Shown here: positions 40,145 through 48,833 of the stretch, piece by piece
Position numbering within the stretch: position 1 is the stretch's first letter
How the letters are laid out: each line of letters begins with the position of its first letter
Source: Gloeobacterales cyanobacterium
GTDB taxonomy: Bacteria; Cyanobacteriota; Cyanobacteriia; Gloeobacterales; PMM-0068
Assembly (NCBI GenBank): GCA_038245785.1
Contig: JBBRSB010000002.1
Span: forward strand, 224,001 to 288,000
Length of the DNA: 64,000 nucleotides
Direction: 5' to 3'
Translations under genes and position numbers: made by a program
The notes under the pieces: model-generated
The model's database searches: none
Seen by the model: the letters and a program-made list of their open reading frames with translations, nothing else
Told to the model about the DNA's origin: nothing

Positions 40145-41242
40145 ATGCTCCGTGCTGGAATTGTCGGTTTACCCAACGTGGGCAAATCCACCCTATTTAA
40201 CGCCATCGCAGACAATGCGAAAGCTGAGGCGGCTAATTTCCCCTTCTGTACCATTGAACCGAATACGGGCTTGGTATCCGTCCCAGATGAGCGGATGGAG
40301 AAGCTTCAGAAGATTGTGAATACGAAAGTAGTAATTCCTACCCGTATTGAATTTGTGGACATTGCAGGTTTGGTCCGGGGAGCTTCCCAAGGAGAAGGAC
40401 TTGGCAACCAATTCCTTTCCCATATCAGGCAAGTGGATGCGATCGTCCACGTCGTGCGCTGCTTTGAAGACCCGAATATTACCCATGTGGAGGGTTCTAT
40501 CGATCCGGAGCGAGACATTAGCACCATCAATCTGGAATTAGCCCTGTCCGACCTTGCTCAGATAGAAAAGCGTCAGCAGAAAATTGCGAAACAAGCCCGC
40601 ACCGAAAAAGTCTATCAAGAAGAGCTGAAGGTTCTAGAACGCCTGACAGAAGCGTTAGACCAAGGGATTCCCGCTCGCCTGGTGACCCTTGCGCTAGAGG
40701 AGCAGGAGCTGATCGACAACAGCAATCTAGGATTGCTGACCAGTAAGCCTGTAATCTACGCCACCAATGTCAGTGAGACAGACTTAGCCACGGGCAATGC
40801 CTTTGTCCAGAAGGTCAAGGCTATCGCAGAGAAAGAGCATGCAGGCGTAGTCGTCATGTCTGCGCAGGTTGAATCAGAATTGGTTGAATTGCCTCCAGAG
40901 GATAGAACAGATTTCCTGGCCTCGCTCGGCGTTGAAGAAGGAGGTCTGCAGTCCCTGATCAGAGCCACCTACAGTCTGTTGGAATTGATTACCTACTTCA
41001 CGGCAGGAGAAAAAGAAGTACGGGCCTGGACTATACGCAGAGGGACTCTTGCTCCCCAAGCGGCAGGCGTCATTCACTCAGACTTTGAAAAAGGGTTTAT
41101 CCGCTCCGAAACCATTTCCTATGAAGACTTGGTCACGGCAGGCTCCTATGCTGCCGCCCGCGAAAAAGGAACCTATCGCTCTGAAGGCAAAGAATACCTG
41201 GTGAAAGACGGAGATGTCCTCCACTTCCGCTTCAACGTTTAG
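40145..41242 (+). CDS. ychF: Redox-regulated ATPase YchF
   Basis: GIVGLPNVGKST, FCTIEPN, DIAGLV and TGS domain ending FRFNV. Confidence 0.97.
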   Translation: MLRAGIVGLPNVGKSTLFNAIADNAKAEAANFPFCTIEPNTGLVSVPDERMEKLQKIVNTKVVIPTRIEFVDIAGLVRGASQGEGLGNQFLSHIRQVDAIVHVVRCFEDPNITHVEGSIDPERDISTINLELALSDLAQIEKRQQKIAKQARTEKVYQEELKVLERLTEALDQGIPARLVTLALEEQELIDNSNLGLLTSKPVIYATNVSETDLATGNAFVQKVKAIAEKEHAGVVVMSAQVESELVELPPEDRTDFLASLGVEEGGLQSLIRATYSLLELITYFTAGEKEVRAWTIRRGTLAPQAAGVIHSDFEKGFIRSETISYEDLVTAGSYAAAREKGTYRSEGKEYLVKDGDVLHFRFNV

Positions 41243-41246
41243 GCCA

Positions 41247-41320
41247 AAGACCCCCTATAGTCCCCCTTGCCACTAGGCGTAGCCTTCCCGGAGGGTGGGG
41301 GACGGCGATAGCCGGGGGTT
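41247..41320 (+). repeat. ~74-bp structured REP-like element, copy 1
   Basis: Near-identical to 57400-57474, with nested CCCCC/GGGGG stems. Confidence 0.9.
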
Positions 41321-41438
41321 AACTAAGCCCACCCACTTATGTTGCAGAAAATTAAGCTATTTGACGGAGAAAGGTGGGGGCCTAGTTCACTCGGTATAAT
41401 TAGGCGTGATTTATATTCTTTGAAGCACGAGGGGCACA

Positions 41439-41570
41439 ATGATAATAGGTAATCTACATGATGTGTTTGTTGCTGCGCTCATTGGCAATGGTGAAGTGGC
41501 TGTCGCTTTTGTAGTTGCTCTAATTGCTGGGGTTTTTGCGCTGATGCTAAGTACGACCTTGGCTAAGTAG
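41439..41570 (+). CDS. psaM: Photosystem I subunit XII (PsaM), Gloeobacter-type; absent from the ORF track
   Basis: MIIGNLHDVFVAALIGNGEVAVAFVVALIAGVFALMLSTTLAK*, with RBS GAGGGG. The core VAxAFVVALIAG..AL.LST.L.K matches Gloeobacter PsaM as I recall it. Confidence 0.85.
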   Translation: MIIGNLHDVFVAALIGNGEVAVAFVVALIAGVFALMLSTTLAK

Positions 41571-41824
41571 CTTATATCCACCTCGGCTCTACGGAGGATC
41601 TGAGTGGTGTCGGATGTTTTGCTTTATATCGATAGTCCCTACTCAGTGCTGAACATTGAGGAATTTTTGGACTGGGTAGAATGTCAAACCCAGGATTCCT
41701 TGCATGCCTTTAATGAGCTTTTGCCTTTGCTAGTTCTTCAGTTAGAAATCCGCGCTAACTTGCTGCCCAGAGGACTTGGCCTTAGGATGAAACCTGTACT
41801 CTGCCAACTCAAATCTCTCTGCGA

Positions 41825-42226
41825 ATGAATCCTATTCCTCCTACACCCGCGATCACGAAATCTTTTCAGGACCTGAAAACACTCTCTGGTGAGGAGTTTC
41901 GACAGGTCTTTGTCCAATTGGGATTGGTGATTTTGCTCTTAGGACTGTGTGTTTGGGCATTCTATAGCCTCTGGCATTTGACCCAGCTCAGTACGCTGCA
42001 GGCACAGCGTTCTAAAGCTCTGACGCAAGAGTTGACCGTAGCCAAGAAAAACTATGGGAAGGTGCAGGAACGTTTTACCTATGCCTTTGATCCCCGCCAG
42101 ATTGAGCCGATGCTCAAAAAATCCTATGGCTGGACGGACCCTGAAGATATTCAGATTCGCTTTGTGGGTGCTGACAAGTTAGCAGAAATAGCTCAGCTTG
42201 AAAAGCGCGCTATTACAGTTCGTTGA
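41825..42226 (+). CDS. Slr1601-like putative cell-division (FtsL/FtsB-like) protein
   Basis: TM followed by coiled coil and ERFTYAFDP; adjacent to psaM as in other cyanobacteria. Confidence 0.6.
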   Translation: MNPIPPTPAITKSFQDLKTLSGEEFRQVFVQLGLVILLLGLCVWAFYSLWHLTQLSTLQAQRSKALTQELTVAKKNYGKVQERFTYAFDPRQIEPMLKKSYGWTDPEDIQIRFVGADKLAEIAQLEKRAITVR

Positions 42227-42236
42227 ACAAGTCCGA

Positions 42237-42854
42237 ATGATCGCTTTTGTCTATGGGATGTTGGTCTCGGCCTCCACCCGTGAAAGCCAGCAATGGGTTG
42301 TGGTCGATGTGCAAGGCGTGGGTTATCAAGTTTGGACCCATAGTCGAGCTTTGGCCCTACTTCCAGCCGTCGGTAGCCCGCTTAAAATGCATACGGTTCT
42401 GGTTCCCCGCGAAGATAGCATGACCCTTTATGGTTTTCTGGAAGAGCAGGAGCGAGAACTATTTACCCTGCTGACTTCCGTTTCAGGGGTCGGTCCCCGG
42501 CTTGCCTTGGCTCTTTTGGATACTTTGGGTGCCATGGAACTCGTCCAGGCCGTAGTCCGAGAAAATTTTCGCGCCTTAGCCCTGACTCCAGGAGTAGGCA
42601 GTAAAACGGCCCAACGAATTACCTTAGAACTGAAGAGCAAAATGGAAAAGTTCCGTCAAGAAGCGGGGTTAGGCGTAGCCACAGGGGTTTCCATTCAGCC
42701 TCAAGTCTATGAGGAAGCCCAAATGGCGCTTTTAGCCCTTGGGTTTTCGCCGAAAGAAGTAGCACAGGCCCTTCAACAGGTCAGCGGTCAAAATCCAGGC
42801 TCTGCTGCAGAAGAATGGATTCGCTCGGCAATTGCCTGGTTGTCTAATCGTTAG
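42237..42854 (+). CDS. ruvA: Holliday junction branch migration protein RuvA
   Basis: DVQGVGY, RED...LYGF, VSGVGP and PGVG.KTA.RI..ELK. Confidence 0.96.
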   Translation: MIAFVYGMLVSASTRESQQWVVVDVQGVGYQVWTHSRALALLPAVGSPLKMHTVLVPREDSMTLYGFLEEQERELFTLLTSVSGVGPRLALALLDTLGAMELVQAVVRENFRALALTPGVGSKTAQRITLELKSKMEKFRQEAGLGVATGVSIQPQVYEEAQMALLALGFSPKEVAQALQQVSGQNPGSAAEEWIRSAIAWLSNR

Positions 42855-42865
42855 GAGCATAGAGG

Positions 42866-43780
42866 ATGACAGACCAAAGCAAACAAGATAATCGAGGCAA
42901 TTTTCTTACAGAGCAGCGTAATCCTCTGAGTATGGATCTAGATAAACTGTCTGCTTTAGAACTAGTTCAGCTTATGAGTCAGCAGGATTTAGAGGTGGTA
43001 CAAGCGGTCAGTGCCGCTCAGGAATCTATTGCTCAAGGGATCATTCTGATTGCTGAGGCGCTTGCTCAAGGGGGACGGCTGTTTTATGTGGGTGCAGGTA
43101 CCAGTGGTCGGTTAGGCGTCCTGGATGCCTCAGAGTGCCCTCCGACGTTTAGAACAGACCCCACGATGGTCCAGGGATTGATCGCAGGTGGTCCAGAAGC
43201 CTTAGTCCGCAGTATCGAAGGGGCAGAAGATAGTCCGAGTACCGGAGCTGCAGACCTCATAGAGCGAGGAATCGGGCCTAAGGATGTGGTGTTGGGCATT
43301 GCCGCTGGAGGCACAACTCCCTATATTCACGGGGCTCTGGGTGCAGGGCGCGCGCAGGGTGCAAAAACTATTTTTTTCTGCTGTGTATCTAAGGAGCAAG
43401 TACCCGATGATTATGATCTTTCCATCCGCGTCTTGGTCGGGCCTGAAATTTTAACAGGGTCGACTCGGCTGAAAGCGGGCACCGCTACTAAGATGGTCCT
43501 GAACATGCTCTCTACGGGAGCTATGGTTCGCCTGGGGAAGGTCTATGAAAATTTGATGGTGGATGTAGCGGTTACTAACCGCAAACTTGAAGCACGGGCT
43601 CTACGCATTCTTAGTACCTTGGCAAAAGTCTCACTATCTGAGGCACAAGACTTACTCAAAAAAGCAGATAATCAAGTGAAACTGGCTTTGGTGATGCACC
43701 ATAAGCAGCTAGATAAAGCCGAGGCCAAAGCGCTTCTGCAAGAACATCAAGGCCAGCTCAGCAAAATTTTGCGGTCCTAA
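42866..43780 (+). CDS. murQ: N-acetylmuramic acid 6-phosphate etherase
   Basis: TEQRNP, GAGTSGRLGVLDASECPPTF and GSTRLKAGTA. Confidence 0.97.
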   Translation: MTDQSKQDNRGNFLTEQRNPLSMDLDKLSALELVQLMSQQDLEVVQAVSAAQESIAQGIILIAEALAQGGRLFYVGAGTSGRLGVLDASECPPTFRTDPTMVQGLIAGGPEALVRSIEGAEDSPSTGAADLIERGIGPKDVVLGIAAGGTTPYIHGALGAGRAQGAKTIFFCCVSKEQVPDDYDLSIRVLVGPEILTGSTRLKAGTATKMVLNMLSTGAMVRLGKVYENLMVDVAVTNRKLEARALRILSTLAKVSLSEAQDLLKKADNQVKLALVMHHKQLDKAEAKALLQEHQGQLSKILRS

Positions 43781-43784
43781 TAAG

Positions 43785-44081
43785 ATGACAGAAATTCCTC
43801 TAGAGCAGAGATGCCGCATGGATCTGAGTCCCCGTCGTCCTAAAAAAATGAGTAATGAACGGTGGTTTGGCGAAGAATTAGATTTGCGTATTCTGAAATT
43901 AGAAGATGAACTAAAGCGTTTAAAACAAGATTCTGTGGATTGGGATTTTGATGAGCAAAAGAATAGTCTCTTTCGAATCTTAACCCAAGAAGAAGCGCAA
44001 CAAGTCGCGACGGGGCTAAGCAAGTTTCCCATTGATATTCATATCGAGGAACTTGATCCTTCCAGCCAAGAGATAATATAG
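43785..44081 (+). CDS. Hypothetical protein
   Basis: 98-aa ORF starting 4 nt after the murQ stop. Confidence 0.6.
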   Translation: MTEIPLEQRCRMDLSPRRPKKMSNERWFGEELDLRILKLEDELKRLKQDSVDWDFDEQKNSLFRILTQEEAQQVATGLSKFPIDIHIEELDPSSQEII

Positions 44082-44206
44082 ACTAAAGCTGAAAATACTG
44101 TTATTAACTATGAAGATGTATTAGAATTTCTACGGAGTCTAGTATTTAAAATAGACTTCATATGGATATCTACAATAACCACCTCTTCTCTTAGGACAAT
44201 AGTAAT

Positions 44207-44626
44207 ATGAATAATCTAGGTAGAGATAGTAAAGACATAGAAGCAATCTTGAAATTAAAAAAGCTTTTAGGAAGAAGTGCCCCTTCGAGCAAGTCTGCAC
44301 ATATGTGTTTAGATGAAATTAGCAAGGGGGCTAGCATTAATATTCACCCTGGATTAGCTAATTTTCTGCATATTCAGCGCATTTACAAAATGAGATTTGC
44401 CGCTACTCAAAATAAGCCTTCTTCCATCGTTGGCTTTGAGGAAACTTTGCGCAATTTCTCAACCTTCAAATCTCCTCAAATTAAAGTGAGTGGAGTGACG
44501 GGTGCCCAATGTGAGTTTGTCCTATTTACAGACCCGGACCTCACCCAGCTGATCGGTTGTTTAGCAGACCCTAGTCCATCCTTACAATCAGAGGCCATTT
44601 CCTTTGAGTCTATACATTTATCATAA
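44207..44626 (+). CDS. Hypothetical protein
   Basis: 139-aa ORF, AT-rich, with AGGA upstream. Confidence 0.55.
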   Translation: MNNLGRDSKDIEAILKLKKLLGRSAPSSKSAHMCLDEISKGASINIHPGLANFLHIQRIYKMRFAATQNKPSSIVGFEETLRNFSTFKSPQIKVSGVTGAQCEFVLFTDPDLTQLIGCLADPSPSLQSEAISFESIHLS

Positions 44627-44648
44627 TTAAGTTAAGTAGTCCTGAAAG

Positions 44649-45941
44649 CTATTCTTCTATAGCCTTATCTTGAATGATCCAGGTTTTCAAGATAGTTGCT
44701 TGTTCATTTGTTAGCGCTCCGTTACGATTGCCCCGTGAAAGATTGCTGGCATCGGTACTGGTAGACGAAGCTGCATTATTTTGCAAGCTGTCTGCGGAAC
44801 TCGCAAGTCCCGTAGAGCCCGTAGTTGTGGGAGGAGCTACCGTTCCAAAGGGATCGGCAGTGGGCGTTCCTGCCCCGCTCCCAATCACTTTATCTCCTCG
44901 TTGGCGGAGACCGGCCTTAGGAAGAATGCCTGGCCCTCCCGTCCCTCCACCACTAGAATGGAGAGCTAGCCACTTGGGATTAAGAAGCTCACCTCCTGTT
45001 CCTGGAGTGACATACTTCAAGACTTTCGCATAGGTATCCAATTCCGAGCGATTTCGTTGGCTACCATTGGGATTGTGACAACTGGTACAGGTGTTTGCCA
45101 GCATCGCTTGGATATCTTTCTTGTAGGTGTATTGAGGCTCTGTAGTGAACTTGACTTTAATCGGTTTTTTAAGGAGCTCCTCTTTAGGGCCAGCCACGGT
45201 GACAGTGTACTCAGTACTGTAATCTAAGTGAGACTGAGGCGTAAATTGATAGGTTGTATTCGTAAGGGATTCACTGCCTCCCTTGGGTGGAGGTGTAATT
45301 TGGACCCCTAAACTCTTAGCATCCGGCACCGCTAAGTCTTTAAAACTAAGTGCAATCGGGGTGTTGACTGGAACTCTCTTACTATCTGCTTTTGGAGTGC
45401 TGGAGAGAAGTTGGCTGCTCTGCGGTTCAGCCGTTGTCCCTGTTGGTTTAGCTTCTGGGGAAGTTGGCTTGCCTTCGGTCGTATTTTTATCTTTGGTAGG
45501 AGCTTGAGCTGGAATCGTGGTTTGGGATGAGTCTTGCAGTAAGCTTGCGGTTTCGGTAAACACTCGGCTATAGGGCAACAAAGAAGATGGTTGGCGGGAC
45601 CAATCGGCACGAGATATCCGTACATCCATCAAAGGAAATACACTGCTCCGACTTTTCACCCCGATTTGGATATAGCCTTCCCCTGCTCCTGAGGCAAAAA
45701 GTGGTAACAACAGAGAACGAGCGCTCTGTTCTCCTCGACGGACAAGTTGCGGAAATTTCTCTCCGGGTAGTGCTGTGATCGTCGTTCCTGTGCTGTTTAA
45801 GGGAGCTTGCGCTAGAACATTTTGAGCGAGGGTGGGCATCGGCTTTGTTAAGCCTTGGGACAATTCCCCTCCGGTCAAGAGAAACATGATTCCTAATACA
45901 CCTTTTGCCATAGGACGTAGGTTCATGATTCTATTGCGCAC
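44649..45941 (-). CDS. Secreted protein with an Ig-like (Big_5/SbsA-type) domain and a c-type cytochrome domain
   Basis: Signal-like N-terminus, VPVNTPI.LSF...FTP...L.YSTEYTV...FTT, then Y.KDI...CTSCH and LT.EQ..ILK.WI. Confidence 0.72.
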   Translation of the reverse strand: MRNRIMNLRPMAKGVLGIMFLLTGGELSQGLTKPMPTLAQNVLAQAPLNSTGTTITALPGEKFPQLVRRGEQSARSLLLPLFASGAGEGYIQIGVKSRSSVFPLMDVRISRADWSRQPSSLLPYSRVFTETASLLQDSSQTTIPAQAPTKDKNTTEGKPTSPEAKPTGTTAEPQSSQLLSSTPKADSKRVPVNTPIALSFKDLAVPDAKSLGVQITPPPKGGSESLTNTTYQFTPQSHLDYSTEYTVTVAGPKEELLKKPIKVKFTTEPQYTYKKDIQAMLANTCTSCHNPNGSQRNRSELDTYAKVLKYVTPGTGGELLNPKWLALHSSGGGTGGPGILPKAGLRQRGDKVIGSGAGTPTADPFGTVAPPTTTGSTGLASSADSLQNNAASSTSTDASNLSRGNRNGALTNEQATILKTWIIQDKAIEE

Positions 45942-46030
45942 TCCTCTATAGATAGGCTTGATTTCAGGCTACCCATTCAACCTGATGGCCTTATCATACG
46001 ATTTTGGAAGTTTAGACCATGATGTATCCA

Positions 46031-47095
46031 CTATTCAGGGGTAGCAGCGTCCTTTTTTCCATTTCCAGTCTCTCCAGCGTCCACCCAGCGCTGCCAGAGG
46101 GTGAGCAGAACCGACAAAATCACAGGCCCTAGAATGACACCTAGGGGGCCGAAAGCGAGCACTCCTCCCAAAACGCCGAATAGCACAACTAAAAAAGGGA
46201 TCCCTGCGCCCTGACTGATGAAGGCAGGTTTCAAGACGTTATCAATCGTGCTTACGACCAAAGTGCCCCAAAGAAGAAGTGCAATTCCTTGCCAGAGCTG
46301 GCCTGTGAAAAGTAGCCAAAGAGCCCAAGGCAACCACACGATCAACGTAGGAATCTGAATAATTGCCAGGAGAGTAGTGATCAAGCCCCAGATCACCGCC
46401 CCCTTTATACCCACCACCCCTAGTCCCAAACCAGCCAAAAATCCTTGGACTACAGCGGTCAGCGTCAAACCTAAAACAACTGCCCGTACGGTATTGGCCA
46501 AAGGGTCAAGCAAGGAAGCCAAGGCTTCTCCACCAAGGCGGTACAAGCTCCGCTGTAACTGGCTTACCCAAGTCTCACCATGACTATAGAAGAAAAAAGC
46601 AATAAAAACCGTCAGACCCAGCGTAATAAAAATTTGAGTAACTTGCTGCCCCACACTGGCAAGCAGCGTCAATATTCCACCAATCCGGCTACGCAAGCCA
46701 TCTTGGATCTGTGGTCCCAAGTCTTTCAGAGAAGCATGGAGTTGCGGACCGACAAAAGGCACTTGGAGAGAACTAGAAACCAGCGCATCTATCTGTTTAG
46801 AGAGCGTATCGAGGCTGAACGTTTCTGCTATATCCGTGACTTGCTGGGCCAGAAGAAGTCCGATAAACATCAAAGGGAGAAAGACCCCTAGGAAGACCAG
46901 AAGCGTCATCAGCAGTGCAGACCAGACTGGGCGTTTTCCCAGCAGGTCACGTAGTTTTTCATAGAGCGGCCAAGTGACCACCGCTACGATAATGGCCCAG
47001 CAAATAGCACTCAGAAAAGGAGCTAAAACCAACAGCGCCCCCCAGAGCAGGAGTACCGTCAATAACAAGGTGGGTAGTTGGTTTCTGTTGATCAC
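46031..47095 (-). CDS. AI-2E family transporter
   Basis: Multi-TM protein with IDNVLKP and GVLGGVLAFG.LG..LGP. Confidence 0.93.
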   Translation of the reverse strand: MINRNQLPTLLLTVLLLWGALLVLAPFLSAICWAIIVAVVTWPLYEKLRDLLGKRPVWSALLMTLLVFLGVFLPLMFIGLLLAQQVTDIAETFSLDTLSKQIDALVSSSLQVPFVGPQLHASLKDLGPQIQDGLRSRIGGILTLLASVGQQVTQIFITLGLTVFIAFFFYSHGETWVSQLQRSLYRLGGEALASLLDPLANTVRAVVLGLTLTAVVQGFLAGLGLGVVGIKGAVIWGLITTLLAIIQIPTLIVWLPWALWLLFTGQLWQGIALLLWGTLVVSTIDNVLKPAFISQGAGIPFLVVLFGVLGGVLAFGPLGVILGPVILSVLLTLWQRWVDAGETGNGKKDAATPE

Positions 47096-47273
47096 AATTT
47101 TCTTTGGACCTGTTTGTAAGAACTACAGAGCCTCATGCTCACTGCTAACTGCTAGCGTAGCTTTTGTTTTTCTCAGTGGGTAGAGAGTCTCCTCCTCTAG
47201 GTAGAGAGCCCCATAGGCAGGCAATGTTAACCTGCTGGTATACGGTCACGAATATTCCAAGGAAGTCAGAGAA

Positions 47274-47564
47274 ATGATAGAGGAATCATCGCGTGTAAGC
47301 TGGTTTGATCAAGATAGAGGCCCTACATATCTCTCTGAATACTTTCAGCGAATGGATTCTTGGCAGAGGGCTATGACAGATGGAAAGATTACTCCAGAAG
47401 AGATGCGGGACCAAGCCAGTCATGTGATTGCATTGCTTAAAGAAGTGGAGCCTATGGTAAGCGAGGCTGAACACAAGCTCATCACAGAAGCGCTTTATGA
47501 AATGGCGGTACTACAGGCGATGCAAGCTTCTGCTGTCACCAGTTCCCTTCAAAAAAGCGAGTAA
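47274..47564 (+). CDS. Hypothetical helical protein (domain X)
   Basis: Clear paralogy to the C-terminus of 48032..48760. Confidence 0.85.
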   Translation: MIEESSRVSWFDQDRGPTYLSEYFQRMDSWQRAMTDGKITPEEMRDQASHVIALLKEVEPMVSEAEHKLITEALYEMAVLQAMQASAVTSSLQKSE

Positions 47565-47576
47565 GGAATCACTACT

Positions 47577-48029
47577 ATGAAAGTCAAAGCGTATCAAATT
47601 CCAGATACTTCACCTCAATATTTGGCAACATCTATAGAGTCATGGTTTCGCACTGAAGGCTTCGAAACCCAAACTCTATCAGGTCCTGAAAATACCTTCA
47701 TTGTTCAAGGCAGAAAGGACAATCTAATCCGATTTTTCTTTGGGCTTTCAGCAGCACTCACGGTTACTGTTGGTACACAACCTGACGGTGCCTTAACTAT
47801 TGCTACTGGCTCTGGGAGTTGGATTGACAAATACTTAGCGGGCTTTGCGGGTGTTTTTCTGTTTGCGCCCTTTGCTTTTACAGCTGCTTACGGCGTATGG
47901 CAGCAGGATAACCTTGAAGAGAAGCTCTGGTTGTACATTGTCAAGCGTCTTCCTGGTGCTGTTGAAGTGGCAGTCCAGGTACCTGCTTCACCCTTCCAAC
48001 CTGTTAAATTAGCGCCCTCAGGAGAATAG
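47577..48029 (+). CDS. Hypothetical membrane protein (domain Y)
   Basis: Clear paralogy to the N-terminus of 48032..48760; RBS AAGGA. Confidence 0.85.
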   Translation: MKVKAYQIPDTSPQYLATSIESWFRTEGFETQTLSGPENTFIVQGRKDNLIRFFFGLSAALTVTVGTQPDGALTIATGSGSWIDKYLAGFAGVFLFAPFAFTAAYGVWQQDNLEEKLWLYIVKRLPGAVEVAVQVPASPFQPVKLAPSGE

Positions 48030-48031
48030 TC

Positions 48032-48760
48032 ATGCAAACACGTACCTATAATGCGCCAGGGCTGACAGACGAGGAACTTGCAGAGAAAATGCGGCTTTGG
48101 TTCGTAAGCCATGATTACGAAACTCAGCTGTTGCGCCTGCCGAATGAAAGCATCGTAGTCCAAGGTTACAGAGATGATATCTGGCGTGTAGCTTTCGGTC
48201 TCGCTGCTGCACTAACCATCCAGATCAAGTCTTTACCCGACCAGTCTCTCGAAGTTACTATTGGTGCAGGAGCCTGGGGAGACAAGCTTTTTGTGGCCGG
48301 TATTGGACTGTTGCTATTTTTACCTTTAATCTTGCCGGCGGCCTGGGGCACATGGGAGCAATATCATCTCGACAGAGAAGTCTGGGATTTCATTGAGTCA
48401 GCGCTATCTACGGGAGGCGTATCCACCGAGCAAGCAGCTCCTACTTCTTTAACTCCCGACGAACTACCGAAAGCCTGGTTTAATGAAGAGACTAATGAAA
48501 TTTATTCGGCTCAATTTTTCCAGCGCATGGAATCATGGCAAAGGGCTGTTGCTGATGGTCGGATTGACCCGGAAGAGATTCAAGCGCAAGGAGAACGGGT
48601 GTCTGGCTTACTAAAGCACATTGATTCAAGTGTCAGTGACGAAGTCCATGCGAAACTCTCGGAGACTTTTTCTGAATTTGCAGTACTACAGGGTATGCAA
48701 GCCTATGCTATCCAACAACATATTGGCGAGAATGCCCCAAGTTCAAGCACAGCAGCCTAG
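48032..48760 (+). CDS. Hypothetical Y-X fusion protein
   Basis: N-half is similar to the 47577 gene and C-half to the 47274 gene; RBS AGGAG. Confidence 0.87.
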   Translation: MQTRTYNAPGLTDEELAEKMRLWFVSHDYETQLLRLPNESIVVQGYRDDIWRVAFGLAAALTIQIKSLPDQSLEVTIGAGAWGDKLFVAGIGLLLFLPLILPAAWGTWEQYHLDREVWDFIESALSTGGVSTEQAAPTSLTPDELPKAWFNEETNEIYSAQFFQRMESWQRAVADGRIDPEEIQAQGERVSGLLKHIDSSVSDEVHAKLSETFSEFAVLQGMQAYAIQQHIGENAPSSSTAA

Positions 48761-48768
48761 GCTCCCTG

Positions 48769-48833
48769 TACCCCTCAGTCCCTGCGGGACAGCTCCCCTC
48801 CTAGGGGAGCTGTCCCGCAGGGACTGAGGGGTA
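48769..48833. repeat. Perfect 31-bp inverted repeat with a 3-nt loop (REP-like)
   Basis: TACCCCTCAGTCCCTGCGGGACAGCTCCCCT-CCT-AGGGGAGCTGTCCCGCAGGGACTGAGGGGTA between convergent genes. Confidence 0.92.

Noticed and set aside
39927..40319. 130-aa ORF overlapping the ychF start
   Set aside because: It overlaps ychF out of frame and crosses the divergent promoter region.
41604..41828. 74-aa ORF between psaM and the slr1601-like gene
   Set aside because: It has no motifs, starts within a likely psaM 3' hairpin, and probably spans a promoter.
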